DNA of 53,865 bases, the filler included, from Sluysia triapertura (lineage: Eukaryota), in the NCBI GenBank assembly GCA_046118255.1. It is 4 parts of 4 records of this genome, joined end to end, with 100 filler letters (N's around TTAATTAATTAA, not from the genome) between each part and the next. Parts side by side here need not be neighbours in the genome. Positions count along the whole stretch, not along the records: positions 25,933 to 38,763 come from JBJNIA010079266.1; positions 38,864 to 53,865 come from JBJNIA010242103.1; 2 more parts are not named here. One strand, 5' to 3'. Positions 27,842 through 40,861 of the stretch are shown one piece after another. The notes below the pieces were generated by a model, which was given only the letters and a program-made list of their open reading frames with translations, had not been told where the DNA came from and ran no database searches. Within the stretch, counting starts at the first letter, position 1, and every line of letters begins with the position of its first letter. Position numbers and translations under genes: made by a program.

Positions 27842-30800
27842 AGTAGACGAAAATGATACAATTGAAGAAATTTTGGATACTCGGATTGGTTATGTTGGTC
27901 ATACTGGTGACATGACCACGATATATAATTATAAAGCAGAATTGATGCCAGAAGCAAAATCTACAGAACGACAATATTTAATTAAATGGAAAAACTGGAG
28001 TCATATTCATGCCACTTGGGAGTCCGAAGACAGTTTAAATGAACGTGGAACTGTGGAAGGTATGAAAAAATTGGAAAAATTTATTAGTGTTTTTCGGGAA
28101 AGTGAACGGTATAAAAACAATTGCACACGTGATGAACTAGAAAAAGTATTATTTTACGAAGAACAAAAACGTGAGTCAAACTATCAGAAAATGCAAGTTG
28201 ATCGTATAATTCACGAACAGTTTGATAAATGTAGCAATCGGGAATATTTTATTAAATGGAAAACATTGGATTACAAGTATGTAACGGCTGAAGAAAGTAA
28301 AAGTGTTGTTGAGAAATTATTTGAAAATTCGATTAGAGAATTTCGTCAACACCTGGAGCGGGATAAAACACCTGATATCGATACTCCATATTTAAGAAGG
28401 CGACCAATATTTCGACCAATTCCTGAAAATTCGACATTCGGTTATTGTGATACAGTATTAAATTTGCGAGATTATCAATTAATTGGAGTTAATTGGTTGT
28501 TGAAATTATGGACGATGGGTCGTAATGCTATTTTAGCGGATGAAATGGGTCTTGGAAAGACAATTCAAACAGTTGCATTTATAAGTGTCTTATTTCGACG
28601 TTACAAAATATACGGTCCATATCTATTAATTGTACCACTAAGTACTATTAATAATTGGAAAAAAGAGTTTGATTTATGGGCGCCAGAAGTTTATACAGTT
28701 GTTTATTCTGGTGATATAACGTCGAGAGAAATTATTAAAAAATATGAATTATTTGATCCAAGCAGTCGACAATTAAAATTTAACGTTATGATTACTACAT
28801 ATGAAATAGCTATGAATGATAAAGCATTATTAAGTTCACTCTATTGGGTTTTTATGGCTGTCGATGAAGCACATAGATTAAAGAGTTCAGAATCTAAGTT
28901 ATATAAAACTATATATCCATTAAGAACAAATTGCAGATTATTAATTACTGGTACTCCTTTACAAAATAATATTCGTGAATTATGGTCACTTCTTCATTTC
29001 ATAATGCCTAAAGAATTCGATCAATTCAGTGATTTTGAACAAAAATTTGGTACTGCAGCTGAAAATGAAAAATTGTGCAATGATAAATTAGCGGCACTTC
29101 GTGAAACTATTCAACCATATATTTTAAGACGTGAAAAGAAAGATGTTGAAAAATCACTCCCAGCAAAATCAGAACAAATTCTTCGTATTAATATGTCAGT
29201 GAAACAAAAAGAATTATATCGGTTAATATTAGCAAAAAATTTTGAATCTTTGTTAGCTGAAACAAATAAAAATACGGTTTTTAAAAATGTTATTGTTGAA
29301 CTAAAAAAATGTTGTAATCACGTAGAACTAATTAGTGAAAAAATGTCAACTATACCAACTTTAGAAGAAAGAAAAGAATATCTAATTAGATCAAGTGGTA
29401 AAATGATTGTTCTTGATAAATTATTAACGCATTTGAAAGAAGAAAATCATCGCGTACTTATTTTTAGTCAAATGGTCCGTATGCTTGATATTTTAGATGA
29501 TTACTTAAGATTTAAGGGTTGGGGATTTCAGCGTCTTGATGGAAGTGTTTCCTCTAATTTACGAACCGAGGCGATTAATAATTTTAATTCTGCGCAATCA
29601 ACAGATTTTTGTTTCTTACTGTCAACACGTGCTGGTGGTTTAGGTATAAATTTAACTACAGCCGATACCGTTATTATATTTGACAGTGATTGGAATCCAC
29701 ATGCAGACATGCAAGCAATGGCTAGAGCTCATCGGATTGGTCAAACAAAACAAGTTTCTATTTATCGATTTGTTATCAAAAGTTCTGTAGAAGAAAAGAT
29801 TATTGAACGAGCAAAACAGAAAATGGTTCTTGATCACCTAGTCATTCAACGTATGGAGGCTGATGGTAAATCAGTAAATGGAATGAAATCTAAGTCAAAA
29901 CTCGAAACAGAAGATTTTGAAAAAATTTTGCGATTTAGTGCTCAAGAGATATTCAGAGATGGTGATGATGATCAAGATTTTAATTTACAGACTATTTTAA
30001 AACAAGCTGAAGTTCAAAATAATGAAAACGATAATAGCGCTACAAGTGCATTTTTATCCAGTTTCAAAGTAATATCATTAGATACCGACAGTTTAGATGA
30101 TAACAATGATACAGGCGCTGAAATTGCTACAGAAGCAGAAGCTAAATCTTGGAACGAATTAATACCTAAAAAATATATTGATACTGTGAACAAAAATCAA
30201 GGAAAATTGACTGACATTATTGATAATATGAACAAAACTAAAACTGGACATAATCAAGTGTCTTCCACCAAAAAAGAAATAAAACCTGTTTCTAAATCGA
30301 ATACTATTGTTGAACCTAAATCAACTTCTAAATCTACAAGTGTCGGTAGTACTAGCAGTAATAATGTGAAATTAAATAGACTCGAAACCAGAAAATTAGT
30401 ACAATCTATGCAAAAATTTGGTTGTCCACATCAAAGAGCTCAAAAAATTATTACGGAAACTCAACTATTTAAATTATCAGAAGAAGAAGCTGTTAGAATA
30501 ATTGTAGAAATTATTGATCGCGCCAAACAGTTCTACAAAGATTGGGATGATAATGATGGTGGCTGTTTCATGGAATATAATTCATATCATATCGATGTTA
30601 AATATTTGTTATCTAGATTAGAATTATTGGAAGAATTACATGCTTGTATGGTTGTGTACTCATCATCAGAAAGATTACATCACCAGTTTTTGGAAACAAC
30701 GAAACCCACTGCATGGGGTTGTCAGTGGGATGCACGAGATGATAATCATTTGTTAGTTGGAGTATATGAATATGGCATGTCGGCATGGCGTACAATAAAA

Positions 30801-33800
30801 TCAGATTCACGACTTGAACTTACAGAAAAAATTTTACCAAGCAATCTCAAATCTTTACCACAAGTCAAACACCTTAATACACGAGTGCATTATTTGTTAG
30901 ATGAATTAAAGAGACGCTGTAAAGAACCGATTAAATTAAAAATCAAATTACCCATTTCAAAAGACAAGGCTATAAATTCTAAAAGCACTATAAATAATTC
31001 GCCAAACAAAGGTTGTACCAAAACGATTTCAAAAGCACCTTTACAAATTAATTCACACAAAAAGTCTTATTCCAAAACAGAGCACAAGCAACATTCTTTA
31101 AATAATCGTGATGCATCCTTGTCTAATTCAGATTCTGACTCATCGAATTCAACTTCATCATCAACAGATCATGATCATAATAGCACTACTAGTAGTACTA
31201 TCACAAAAGAAAAAGAAAAGCGATACAGACATCAAAATAATACAAATCATATAATTAATAAAAAAGATGCAGAATCAGATGATGAAAAATCCGCTAAATC
31301 GGATTCATCTCATTCTGAAGTTGATAATGACGATAGTGATCGTGATAGTGATGACTCCCACAATGAAAACGACAATTCGGAAATGAAACCTGATAAGATT
31401 TTACAAACTATTTTTAATGATTCTGAATTTTTAAATTGCAGCGGTTCTGTATTTAAACAAGTTAGTTATATTTTATTAAAAATAAACATTAATGCACTTG
31501 CAATATTTTTCCACATTATTGTTTCACGTTGTACTATGATAAGTTATGTATGTATTAGTGTATGAATTGTACATGGCAATTTTTATAATACAGCACGATA
31601 ATATAATATAACCATCATTACAAAATGATTATAATAATGTGATATAGTAATATTTTAACATTTTAATAGTGGTAATTGAAGCCCATAAGTTTACATTTCA
31701 TTTTTTTGAAACCAGTGGGGAAGGTGTCACGATTTTCAATTATTTTTTGACTTTTTAAAGTTTCAGAATGTCAAAAATAAGCAGGGATATCTAATAAATT
31801 CTCCAATACATCTCGAGTACCTTACTTTAGGCGCTTCTAGAATATTTTAACTATCAATTTGTATAAATTCAGACTTAGTTATTGTTAACTATGTGAGAAT
31901 TCTTCATGGTAATTTTACTATTAATAAAGGGTGTCCAAAAATTAACGCAAGATTTGAATTAAATAAAAAACATTTTTTAACTTTTGTAAATTGAATTATA
32001 CGGTAAAACTTTGTAGGTACCCACTCTTGTCGAAATTTTCCATTAATATTCTACACAAGTGTGACTGAATTTCGTTGGTGTATGTTGTTGGCATAGACCT
32101 TTGACTTCTAATAACCACATAAGAAGAAATCCTATAGGGTTAAGTCACACGATCTATGAGACCTATTCTTACACGACATTGAAATTGAATTGTTTTGCGA
32201 CCAGATGTCATGTGACAGCGTCTTGAAACCATATGTCGTTCACATCAGTATCTTTCAATTTAGGCAGAAAAAACTGAGATATGTCGCGATATCGAGCACC
32301 TGTAACATTCACTGCTCTACTAGCTTCATTCTCGAAAACGTATGGTCCAAAGATGCCTCCACTCAAAATCCGCATAAAACAGTGACACGTTGAGGATACA
32401 TTTATTTTTCGACAATCACATGTGGGTTCTCTGAACCCTAATTTTGGCAATTTTGGCAATTAACAAAGCCATCAAGGTGAAAATGTGCTTCGTCGCTGAA
32501 AATAATTTTCGAAAAATTGGCATCCATTTATTCTTTTCGCTGAGCATGGTCTTAGCCTTCATGCTCAGCGAAAAGAATAACGCCGAAATGATGTTCCTGG
32601 ACTTTGCCCAACACATTACTTACGATACAACACATTTTAATGCAATACTTATACATATGAGAAACTCATAATTTTTAATTGATTAATCTTATAATTTCTA
32701 TGCAAAAGCAGAAATTCAGATTTTTAATAGTCATAATTGATATACTTTGGAATATCGCAGGTATGAAATGTACGTCGGCTGATGAATGTGATTAAAAATT
32801 ACGACAAACTAATGTTAAAGTGTATTAAATAGAGAAGTTATAAGAGATGTGATTCCTTGCGCTTGTAAGTTAAGTTTTGAGCCACCACAACGTACTTTGA
32901 AAAGAAGCAAATTTCTAGCTAGAGTAAGAATTTTGAACTGCTTAAAGACAGTTCAAGTATTTATTAATGACTTGAGGAAGTCGATGAACCTATCTTTAGC
33001 TTTGGTATGTGTAAAATTTGCTATCACTCGGTTTTTTGCTATTACTTTTTTTTCTTTTGGTTTTGGTTTTATAGCTTGAACGCTTATGTTTTTATGTATG
33101 TTTCTTTAAAATAGCTCTGTCAAATGCTCATGTAGTTCTTAAAACTGATAGCAACGGACAATATTCTGGTCTAAAAGTTTAATTAATCTATCACCAACTT
33201 TGTTCCAGAAATGAGGCGTGAAAATTCATTGCCATCGCGCAAATCTAAATCTACTAGGAAGGATAAATATTTCGCTGGTTCTTGAAATTTGAAATTTCAA
33301 TGACCAATGCTTGCAATTTTGATAATATTTCAATATTCTTGCATCAATCTGTCTTAATTTATTTATAATTATCCTGATGATTGTGCTTCAAACTCAAAAT
33401 CTAAAAATTGTTCTTTTTATTATAACCAACCTAAAGAAAACGAAAATTTTCGAAATCTTAAACTAAGACTTAAAAAAGTTGCAAGAAGTCAAGGTCATAT
33501 TGGTCATTTAACAAAAACTGATGTTTCCTCATGCATCTATTCTCTAATGTTTGCTTTTTTTGGTCCTTATACGGGAATAATTAAGGGAATAAAATTCTTC
33601 ATTCTGTATAGAGTTTTTCTCTGAAATTTCTTGTTAGATTTCGAATAATGTTTAGATATTTTGAGTCTACTGTTAAAGATACAATTATTTCCATATAATA
33701 TTTCAAACAGTATTACATTTATAATTTTGTTAGTGTTATATTACTTTTTAGGGTTATTACTACAAAATTAGATTTATAATATTACGTTTTTAAACAGTAA

Positions 33801-36445
33801 ATTTATGTATTTAATTTTAATTATAGTGCAAAATGTATATGAAGAAATGTAAAGAAGATTTAGCAACTCTTCAGAGTGTTTTAATGTCACAGAAAGAACA
33901 AATTGACCAGACATCTATATATGACAATATCAGAAGGATCGGCGATCATATTAATTTGATAATCAGTGATATCAGCTATAATCAAAAAACTTATTATTTC
34001 AGGTTATTTTTATGTTTTGACAACACTGAAAGATAGTTACAATGAAAACATGAAATCTATAATGAGTGACAAAGGACATTTCAAAAATTTTTTGCTTCTG
34101 TTATTTTCAGAGTACTAATCTTATTTATAAAGTTATAATCGGCCGGATGCTTACAGTGCCTTTTTCGAATTGATATATGAGCTATAGTAGTATGCGTTAA
34201 GGGATTCTTTAGAGATAACATTTCATAAACCTGAAGTCATGTAGGACTAACTATTTTCTATTTAACTATTTTCTCATTCAGATTCATTTCTAATAAGCCC
34301 TCGTTGTTTTTTTACTTTTCTACACTATTTGATGGGATTTTCTATTGCCTTATTATTATTATTATTAGCATTTATTGCAAAATTACAATTTTTGAATTTC
34401 TGATTGAAAAATATAACTGGTTTGTAGATATTTTCCCGGACTGATTTTTTAATGGGTCAAATTATTCTACTTTCTTCTACAAGTTTATGCAACTATTATT
34501 AAATTGTACTTGTTGAGCAGTTTTTTAAATATTAAAATTCTTAGATTCATCAATTAATAAAGGAGTTCTATTTTATATTCTCTATATTTAAAATGAGGCT
34601 TATCTTTCAACTTAAATTATTTATGCTCCTTTGACTCTCGGAGGGTTTTATAAATTTCCTTAAACCATCGATTCTTTCATTTGGTTAATTATTTATTGTA
34701 ATACATTGTATTTAATTTTCCTTTCTGCACACTTGGCGTAAATTTCAATGATCGAAGTTAATTTATAATTTTCTCTAAGAATTGATACCAGTCATGTATT
34801 TGGCTGTCAGTTTGTAACGATTTAAAATTAAAAATTTGAACATAAGATTTATTTGTAAACTTACTAAAATCTATATATATATATATATATATAAATATCT
34901 ATGCAGCCAAATACGAATATTTCGTTTTTTTTTATTATAATACTGTTTTCTAATGATTTGGACATCATACATGTAAATTGAGTCTGTTATTAGCAGCGTC
35001 ATTTAAAAATTTGAAACACATACGCGTGTTAGGGAAAACAAACTTGAGTTAGATAATTTAGGCACAGTGGTAATTTTGACTAATAATCTGCATGAAATTT
35101 CACGTAAGTTTGTAAAAGTTTTGTGTTACAATCTGGATTCGGCCACCCATTCTAGGAGAATGGGCCATTTTCAAATATCCACAATTTATTGATCTACAAG
35201 ATACTAATAAAAATTAAACTTTAATATTGTAATAAACCATGTCTTTCTTAAGCAAAGCATTGTATACTTGTGTGCGTTATATATGTATCATTGAAATATC
35301 TTTTCCATTAAATACTTTATAAAAAAATCATAATAAATGACGATAAAGAGTATGCTCATAATAACAATGTTATACAATAATAATACAATTACGTGCACAT
35401 GATAAAGTTGCTCTCAACGCCTTCTACATCGAAACACAATCTTTCATTAGGCTGTATGAATAATCTTATGAAATCTAGAGACTCCATTTTGAAGTCAAAT
35501 TTGAATGCCAAACAGAAAAGAAAAACACATTTACGTAGTGGATATCAAGTTGGTGCTATCGTGTTCCAGATTCAGAGAACAAGGAATATCAGTATCAGTG
35601 GTGATATATTACAACATAAGACATTAGAATTAGCATAGCACTTAGGAAATCATGATTTTAAAGCATCAAACGGTTGGCTTAATTCATTTCTTTCCAGGCA
35701 TATGATATGGTCTAAAAGAATTATGGGGGAATCAAAAACCGTGGATGAAAGGTAAATTCTTAATTTTAAGGAACCTCAAATATTCAACGTAACCCACTAA
35801 TTGTGTGTATTTGACATTGGAATCGTTCATTCCAGAGAGTATGGCCAATATCAATGAAAAGAGAAAAGTGGAGAAAATACACCTATTTCATTAAATAAAT
35901 AATTTTACCTTACCTCAAATTCCGTTGTTTATTGTTATGAAAATAGAAATCAGGATGAAATACAATTTTATTCTTTTATTTCTAGGTTAAATGACTTGTT
36001 TTTATGCATCAAAATATTAGGTAGTATCTAATCATTGTATTGATTAGTATTGTGCTCCTTGTATTGGAGAATTATTTTATGCTATATCAAAATTACAGAT
36101 TTTTTAATGCTGAATCCAAATCTGAAATTAGAAATGAAAAATTATATCTCGTTTGCGAAATAATAGCGTTAAAAATTTCAAACTTTTGGGGAAGCTGTAA
36201 CATGATAACGGTTTGCTTATCCGAAAGAGGGGATCAGCGTGCCGAACTCTATAGTATGTATAGTTTATCTTGGGGCGTGCCCCTTGTAAGAGTAATTTTA
36301 GGTATTTGCGCAACATTTTAGGATGAACATAAATTTATATATTTGATTTAGATATTTGTGGAATTTTGTCGTGATATTCTGCCCGAATTATTCTGCTTAC
36401 TATCTTTACAATTTGTACAGAAAATCTAGATCATATGGAAGTTGA
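27842..36445 (+). CDS. CHD1: CHD1/CHD2-type chromodomain helicase, 5'-partial; exons 27842-31460, 33827-34002, 36352-36445 (~1295 aa visible)
   Basis: Tandem chromodomains (DTIEEILDTRIG, KWKNWSHIHATWE; YFIKWKTLDY); SNF2 ATPase ILADEMGLGKT, DEAH, TGTPLQNN, LLSTRAGGLGINL, ARAHRIGQ; SANT-SLIDE (WDARDDNHLLVGVYEYG); CHCT/DUF4208 split over exons (FKQ|CKMYMKK...IGDHI...FR|YLWNFV...LYNLYRK). Splice phases 0 and 2 agree. Confidence 0.95.
31927..32527 (-). mobile_element. Tc1/mariner DD41D (rosa)/maT-type transposon remnant in CHD1 intron
   Basis: KIIFSDEAHFHLDGFVN.QNC..*GSENPH, QRVTV, GGIFGPYVFENE, WFQD, RSCDLTP with stops and frameshifts; TA+aagggtgtcc terminus at 31925. Confidence 0.88.
32528..32580. 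repeat. Perfect 21-bp inverted repeat with an 11-nt loop
   Basis: ttattcttttcgctgagcatg-gtcttagcctt-catgctcagcgaaaagaataa. Confidence 0.95.
34400..34690 (-). mobile_element. Possible Ty3/gypsy pol remnant (RT end to RNase H)
   Basis: PNERIDGLRKFIKP and YKPVIFFNQKF fragments in the expected order; heavily decayed. Confidence 0.3.
35395..35754 (+). mobile_element. pogo/Tigger transposase N-terminal (CENP-B HTH) remnant in CHD1 intron
   Basis: NISISGDILQHKTLELA*HLGNHDFKASNGWLNSFLSRH...GES; in-frame stop. Confidence 0.88.
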
Positions 36446-38376
36446 AATATTGTAATTGAAAATTGATTTTGTTAATATACTATTCCAAATTTTCTATAGT
36501 TTTATTTTTAAATATTATTTGTATTTTCAAGTAGATGTATGAGTTTGATTGCTTTTGTTTTTTGTTATTTTGACTAGATGTACACGTGTTCATGTGTAAA
36601 AGCACCAAAAAATTATGTACCGATTTTTCAACAGTGATATCGAATAGCCTTTCCATTGATATATGGATATATCAATAAGAAAAAGGGTAATTATCGAGTG
36701 AATGAAATAAAACAAAATTATGTAAAGAAATAATGTAGATATTATGAATAATGCAGGATATATTGTAATAACTGTATAAAGTATGTCAGTATGAAAGAGT
36801 ATGGCCTGAATGTATTTCAAATTACCTTTAGATATAATTAAATTATTATTAAAGATTAATTAAAATTATTAAGAATAATTAAATTACCTTGTAATCATGT
36901 TATGTTTTTAATAATCACAAAAAAATTCAGGTTATCAGTTATTCTTTAATAACGAATACTCTTAAATAAATTCTCAGTTAGAAATCAGTGTACATGAACA
37001 ATTGATGCAATTTAATACCGAAATTTTAGGGTTAGCAACGCGAAAAATGTTAGTATCCGCATTTAACAAAAGAAATTAAAGTATGAATCAACAATTCATT
37101 ACAATAACAAATATATAACTTTTAATCAATTGTTGATAAAGTTTCAATTGCAATATTTACCACAACCAAGCTTTACTTTTATAATCTATTCTTATACGTA
37201 GATTTTGAACAAAATTGAGATAGCTAGTACAATTGACAGGTATTGTTCGGGTCATTAGACACTAGAAATTTGACGCAATTACGTTGTGTAATTACTTGTT
37301 ATTTTGAATCGGTTATAATTTTAATAATTAAATTTAGAGAATAATTTCCAGTAATTTTCAAAACTCATCTCATTAACATAATAAAATAAAAGTTTAATGT
37401 GATTATCTACTTAAATTAGAAATTGTATGAAATGAATTTACAGAAATTTATTTTCCATATTAATTTTTAATATTACATAATTTATCCGTTCAATATGCGT
37501 CAGGTTTGACATATTAGTGAGCATACATTTGATATAGGTAAAGAGCACATAAATTAACTTTATATTGAAAATTAAAATTAATTTTTGCGTTATCTGCTTT
37601 GACGTATTTCGTAACATTTCAACATTAGTAATACTGATGAATTTCAAGATTATATTTCATTTCATTATATAAAATTATAAAACCAATTAAATGTATTAAA
37701 TCAAACAATTATTAATTGAAATAATTAATAAATGTACTTTTACATAGAGAGACTGTTTTTTAATTTAAATATCTTACAAACATACATTATTAGCAAATAT
37801 GATATATTATTTTATTAATACTTGCTCTATTTTTATGTTATCGATAACACTCATGCATACTCTTATCTTTGACTAAAGCCATATTTATATGATCAAAAAA
37901 ATTAATGTTATTATTGAAGAATGATGTAAAAAGATGAATGTTATTAGTTGAAATGTAAATAAAGCTGAGAAGTAAATAAATAATAAATATAGAGTAAAAT
38001 AAGTACCACGAAAACTACACTTATTAATTAGTTATTTTTGTATTGTGATGGTTGAATGAGGTATTTAAATAAAAATAAAGAGGGAAGTAAAAACCTTTCA
38101 CTAAAATTTTAAAACTTTAAAAGTAAATTTGAAAATTAATTTATGAAATACGTCGACGTAGATATCGTCAAATAGTTAATTTTAATTAATTTTTTTGTAA
38201 TTAATTTATTATGATTAATAGTAACAATAAACGAATATCAGTTTCATTTACTTAAACAGAAACTCAAATAATTTGAATATTCACTGGATCAAGTATAATT
38301 TGTCACAAATTTTCTTATTTTAAATGATATGTATTCAACCCAAAAATTACCTTCTTAATATAAATTAATAACAATA

Positions 38377-38507
38377 ATGTTGGGGTAAAAGGCCTAAAAA
38401 GTGCCAAGTAGTATAATTGAATATATTGAAAATGAAATTGTTGGACGGGGCAGTGGTAGAGCAGCGATGGTCCCGGGTTCGATCCCCGGTCAGTCCATTT
38501 TACGAAG
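38377..38507 (+). repeat. tRNA-containing dispersed repeat, copy E
   Basis: atgttggggtaaaaggcctaaaaagtgcc...ttggacggggCAGTGGTAGAGCAgcgatGGTCCCGGGTTCGATCCCCGGTCAGTCCAttttacgaag. Confidence 0.85.
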
Positions 38508-38596
38508 GCATTCATAAGGCCCTAGATTCCTTTTTGATTCTTTTTTCTACTTATTTATGTTTAATTATTACTATACTAGATTTATTCTTAATACTT

Positions 38597-38763
38597 TTAG
38601 GTTGCAATCACAACCCTCTAAAAAGATATAAAATGATAAAATAATAGCTTAAAATTAATTTAAAATATTTAGAATTAACAAAAAATTAAAATATTTTAAA
38701 ATCAATTATTAATTTGTAAAATTACTCAAAAAACAATTATTTTCCAAAAAAGAAATTATTTTC
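38597..38763 (+). mobile_element. LTR-like family A, copy 4 (runs into gap)
   Basis: ttaggttgcaatcacaaccct...ttttccaaaaaagaaattattttc as in copy 3. Confidence 0.65.
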
Positions 38764-38863
38764 NNNNNNNNNNNNNNNNNNNNNNNNNNNNNNNNNNNNN
38801 NNNNNNNTTAATTAATTAANNNNNNNNNNNNNNNNNNNNNNNNNNNNNNNNNNNNNNNNNNNN
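38764..38863. other. Assembly gap with stop linker
   Basis: N44-TTAATTAATTAA-N44. Confidence 0.97.
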
Positions 38864-38955
38864 TAATATATATTTCATTATATGGAGGAGGGGGTCGTTT
38901 AAAATTTCCTAAGCTTGAAGGGGGTCGCTATATAAAAAAAGTTTAAGAAGCCCTG
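38864..38955. mobile_element. hAT-type element terminus
   Basis: Two gggggtcg subterminal motifs and end aaaaaagtttaagaagccctg. Confidence 0.6.
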
Positions 38956-39342
38956 ATTTAGATGATGAATATTGACTTGAAATTTATGTGCAACCTGAGT
39001 ATGTTAATGTACTTGATCCATTTGGTTTTTATTATCCAAAGTCATTAATTAATCGTCCTTTTCATATTAGTAAGCCCAATATTAGTAAGCATTTCAATGA
39101 ACAGATAATTCAAAATATACTCGCAACATTTTGTGGATATTATGTTTGTAAGGATTGTATTATCAATATTTCTCTAAAAATAATGTCTTCGTGTGTTAAT
39201 TGTCTTTTTATTGGTATAAACAAAATATCTAAATTAAATTTCGCTAATAATTTAATAAGACAACTTTGTTAATAAATAAAAAAATTATTAATTAAAGAAT
39301 TATATATTATGAATATGAAAGACTGGTTTGATCCATCAAATA

Positions 39343-39848
39343 CAGTGGTGGCCAAATTATTAGACTAAACGCCATTTTTCATAATTCAACATTTTCCAAT
39401 GATACTATGAGACTATTACTAAAAAATGTATAAATACATTCAATTTACCGGCACTTGTCACGGAGAAATGTTTATTGTTGGAAAATAACAACTTTTTACA
39501 AAAACTTTTGGTGAAAGTAAAATAATAGATAAAAATATTATCTAAAACAAACAATCAAATTTTTTCATGTAGAATGATAACACAATTTACTACAATTTGT
39601 ACAAACTGTTGTATCAGCACTTTGTTTGCTCTCCTTTGTTATCCAATAATTTCGTGATCCTTAAAGGCATGCCACGGATGAGCTTGAGCATAAGCCTTTT
39701 ATCAGGGTTTCAATAAATTTATGGGTAAAAACTCTCCTTTCTGTGGGATTTATATCTGGAGAGTTTTCAGACCACGGTAGCAGCTTAACACCATGATCAT
39801 CAAGAAACATATTTTTCTTGTTCTAGTCTAATAATATAGCCAACATTG
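39343..39848 (-). mobile_element. Internally deleted Tc1 element with both TIRs and TA target duplication
   Basis: TA|cagtggtggccaaattattagacta ... tagtctaataatatagccaacattg|TA; internal LLPWSENSPDINPTE and LIRGMPLRI...KGEQTKC* (Tc1 C-terminus). Confidence 0.9.
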
Positions 39849-40861
39849 TAAGTGAAATGAATTGAACGAAAAAGCTAAAAAAACAAACAAGCATTTAATG
39901 ATTCATGTCTATCAGTTATTATGTTACGAAGGAAATGAAGCATTTAGCATGAAGTTCGTACCACAAGAAATTCGTAATTTATATATATGGTGTATAAATG
40001 TATAAGCGAGTTCCAGAGTTGAAATTAGTTTTGTTAAATGTGACGTACAACAAACTTGAAACAGTACCGAAAAAATATCACGAGTATATTTTGTCATCGT
40101 AGCTATAATTGTGCCTATTTAAAATGTTAAGCATTATGCCTATTTCATTTGTATTTAATTTTTATAAGCATTGTATTAATAAATATTTGTGTAATTTTTC
40201 TTTTTAATTATTACCAAATTTATATTACTAAACTTTTAAGTGTGTGGGATGTACTCCTGACACCATTTTTATGGTGATAATAGTTCCGTAATGTTTTATT
40301 GTTACTATACTGAAGATTATAATAGATTGAATCAGTTATGTGTGTTTAGGTTTGCGATGAATTATGGTGAAACTTTGTCAGGAGGAGGAAGTTGAAAACA
40401 AATTAATGAATGCTTAGGATGCAAGGATGTTAGGGTACGTGGTGACTTTACGTGCTCATTGAAAGATTTAATCCATTCGATAGAAAATCTAGCTTAATTC
40501 TTAGTTTCAATTTTACGTTTCATTTTAAAAAATTCATTAAACATTATAAAGAATCTCAAACTCGCAGTTTCATTGAATTTGCCAGATTAAGACCTATGGT
40601 TTTAATCTCCTTTATATCGATACTAAAATTCGTGAATGAATTCACCATATTGACAGTTAAGACTTCAGGTCCATGCATTTATGTTTTTCCAGTGTCCTAG
40701 CTTTTCTATCCAAAGTTTGATCTTTTGGATCCATAGCTTTATCGTTATTTTCAGTTGTCAATAATTTCGCCTTTTCTACTGAAGTCTTCTTTGCTTAAAC
40801 CTGTATTAATTTTTTCTTGTTTATTATTAATTTATAGTGGCAATTACTAATATAATCATTA

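Noticed and set aside
29528-30810. Short minus-strand ORFs within CHD1
   Set aside because: Antisense shadows of a strongly supported CDS
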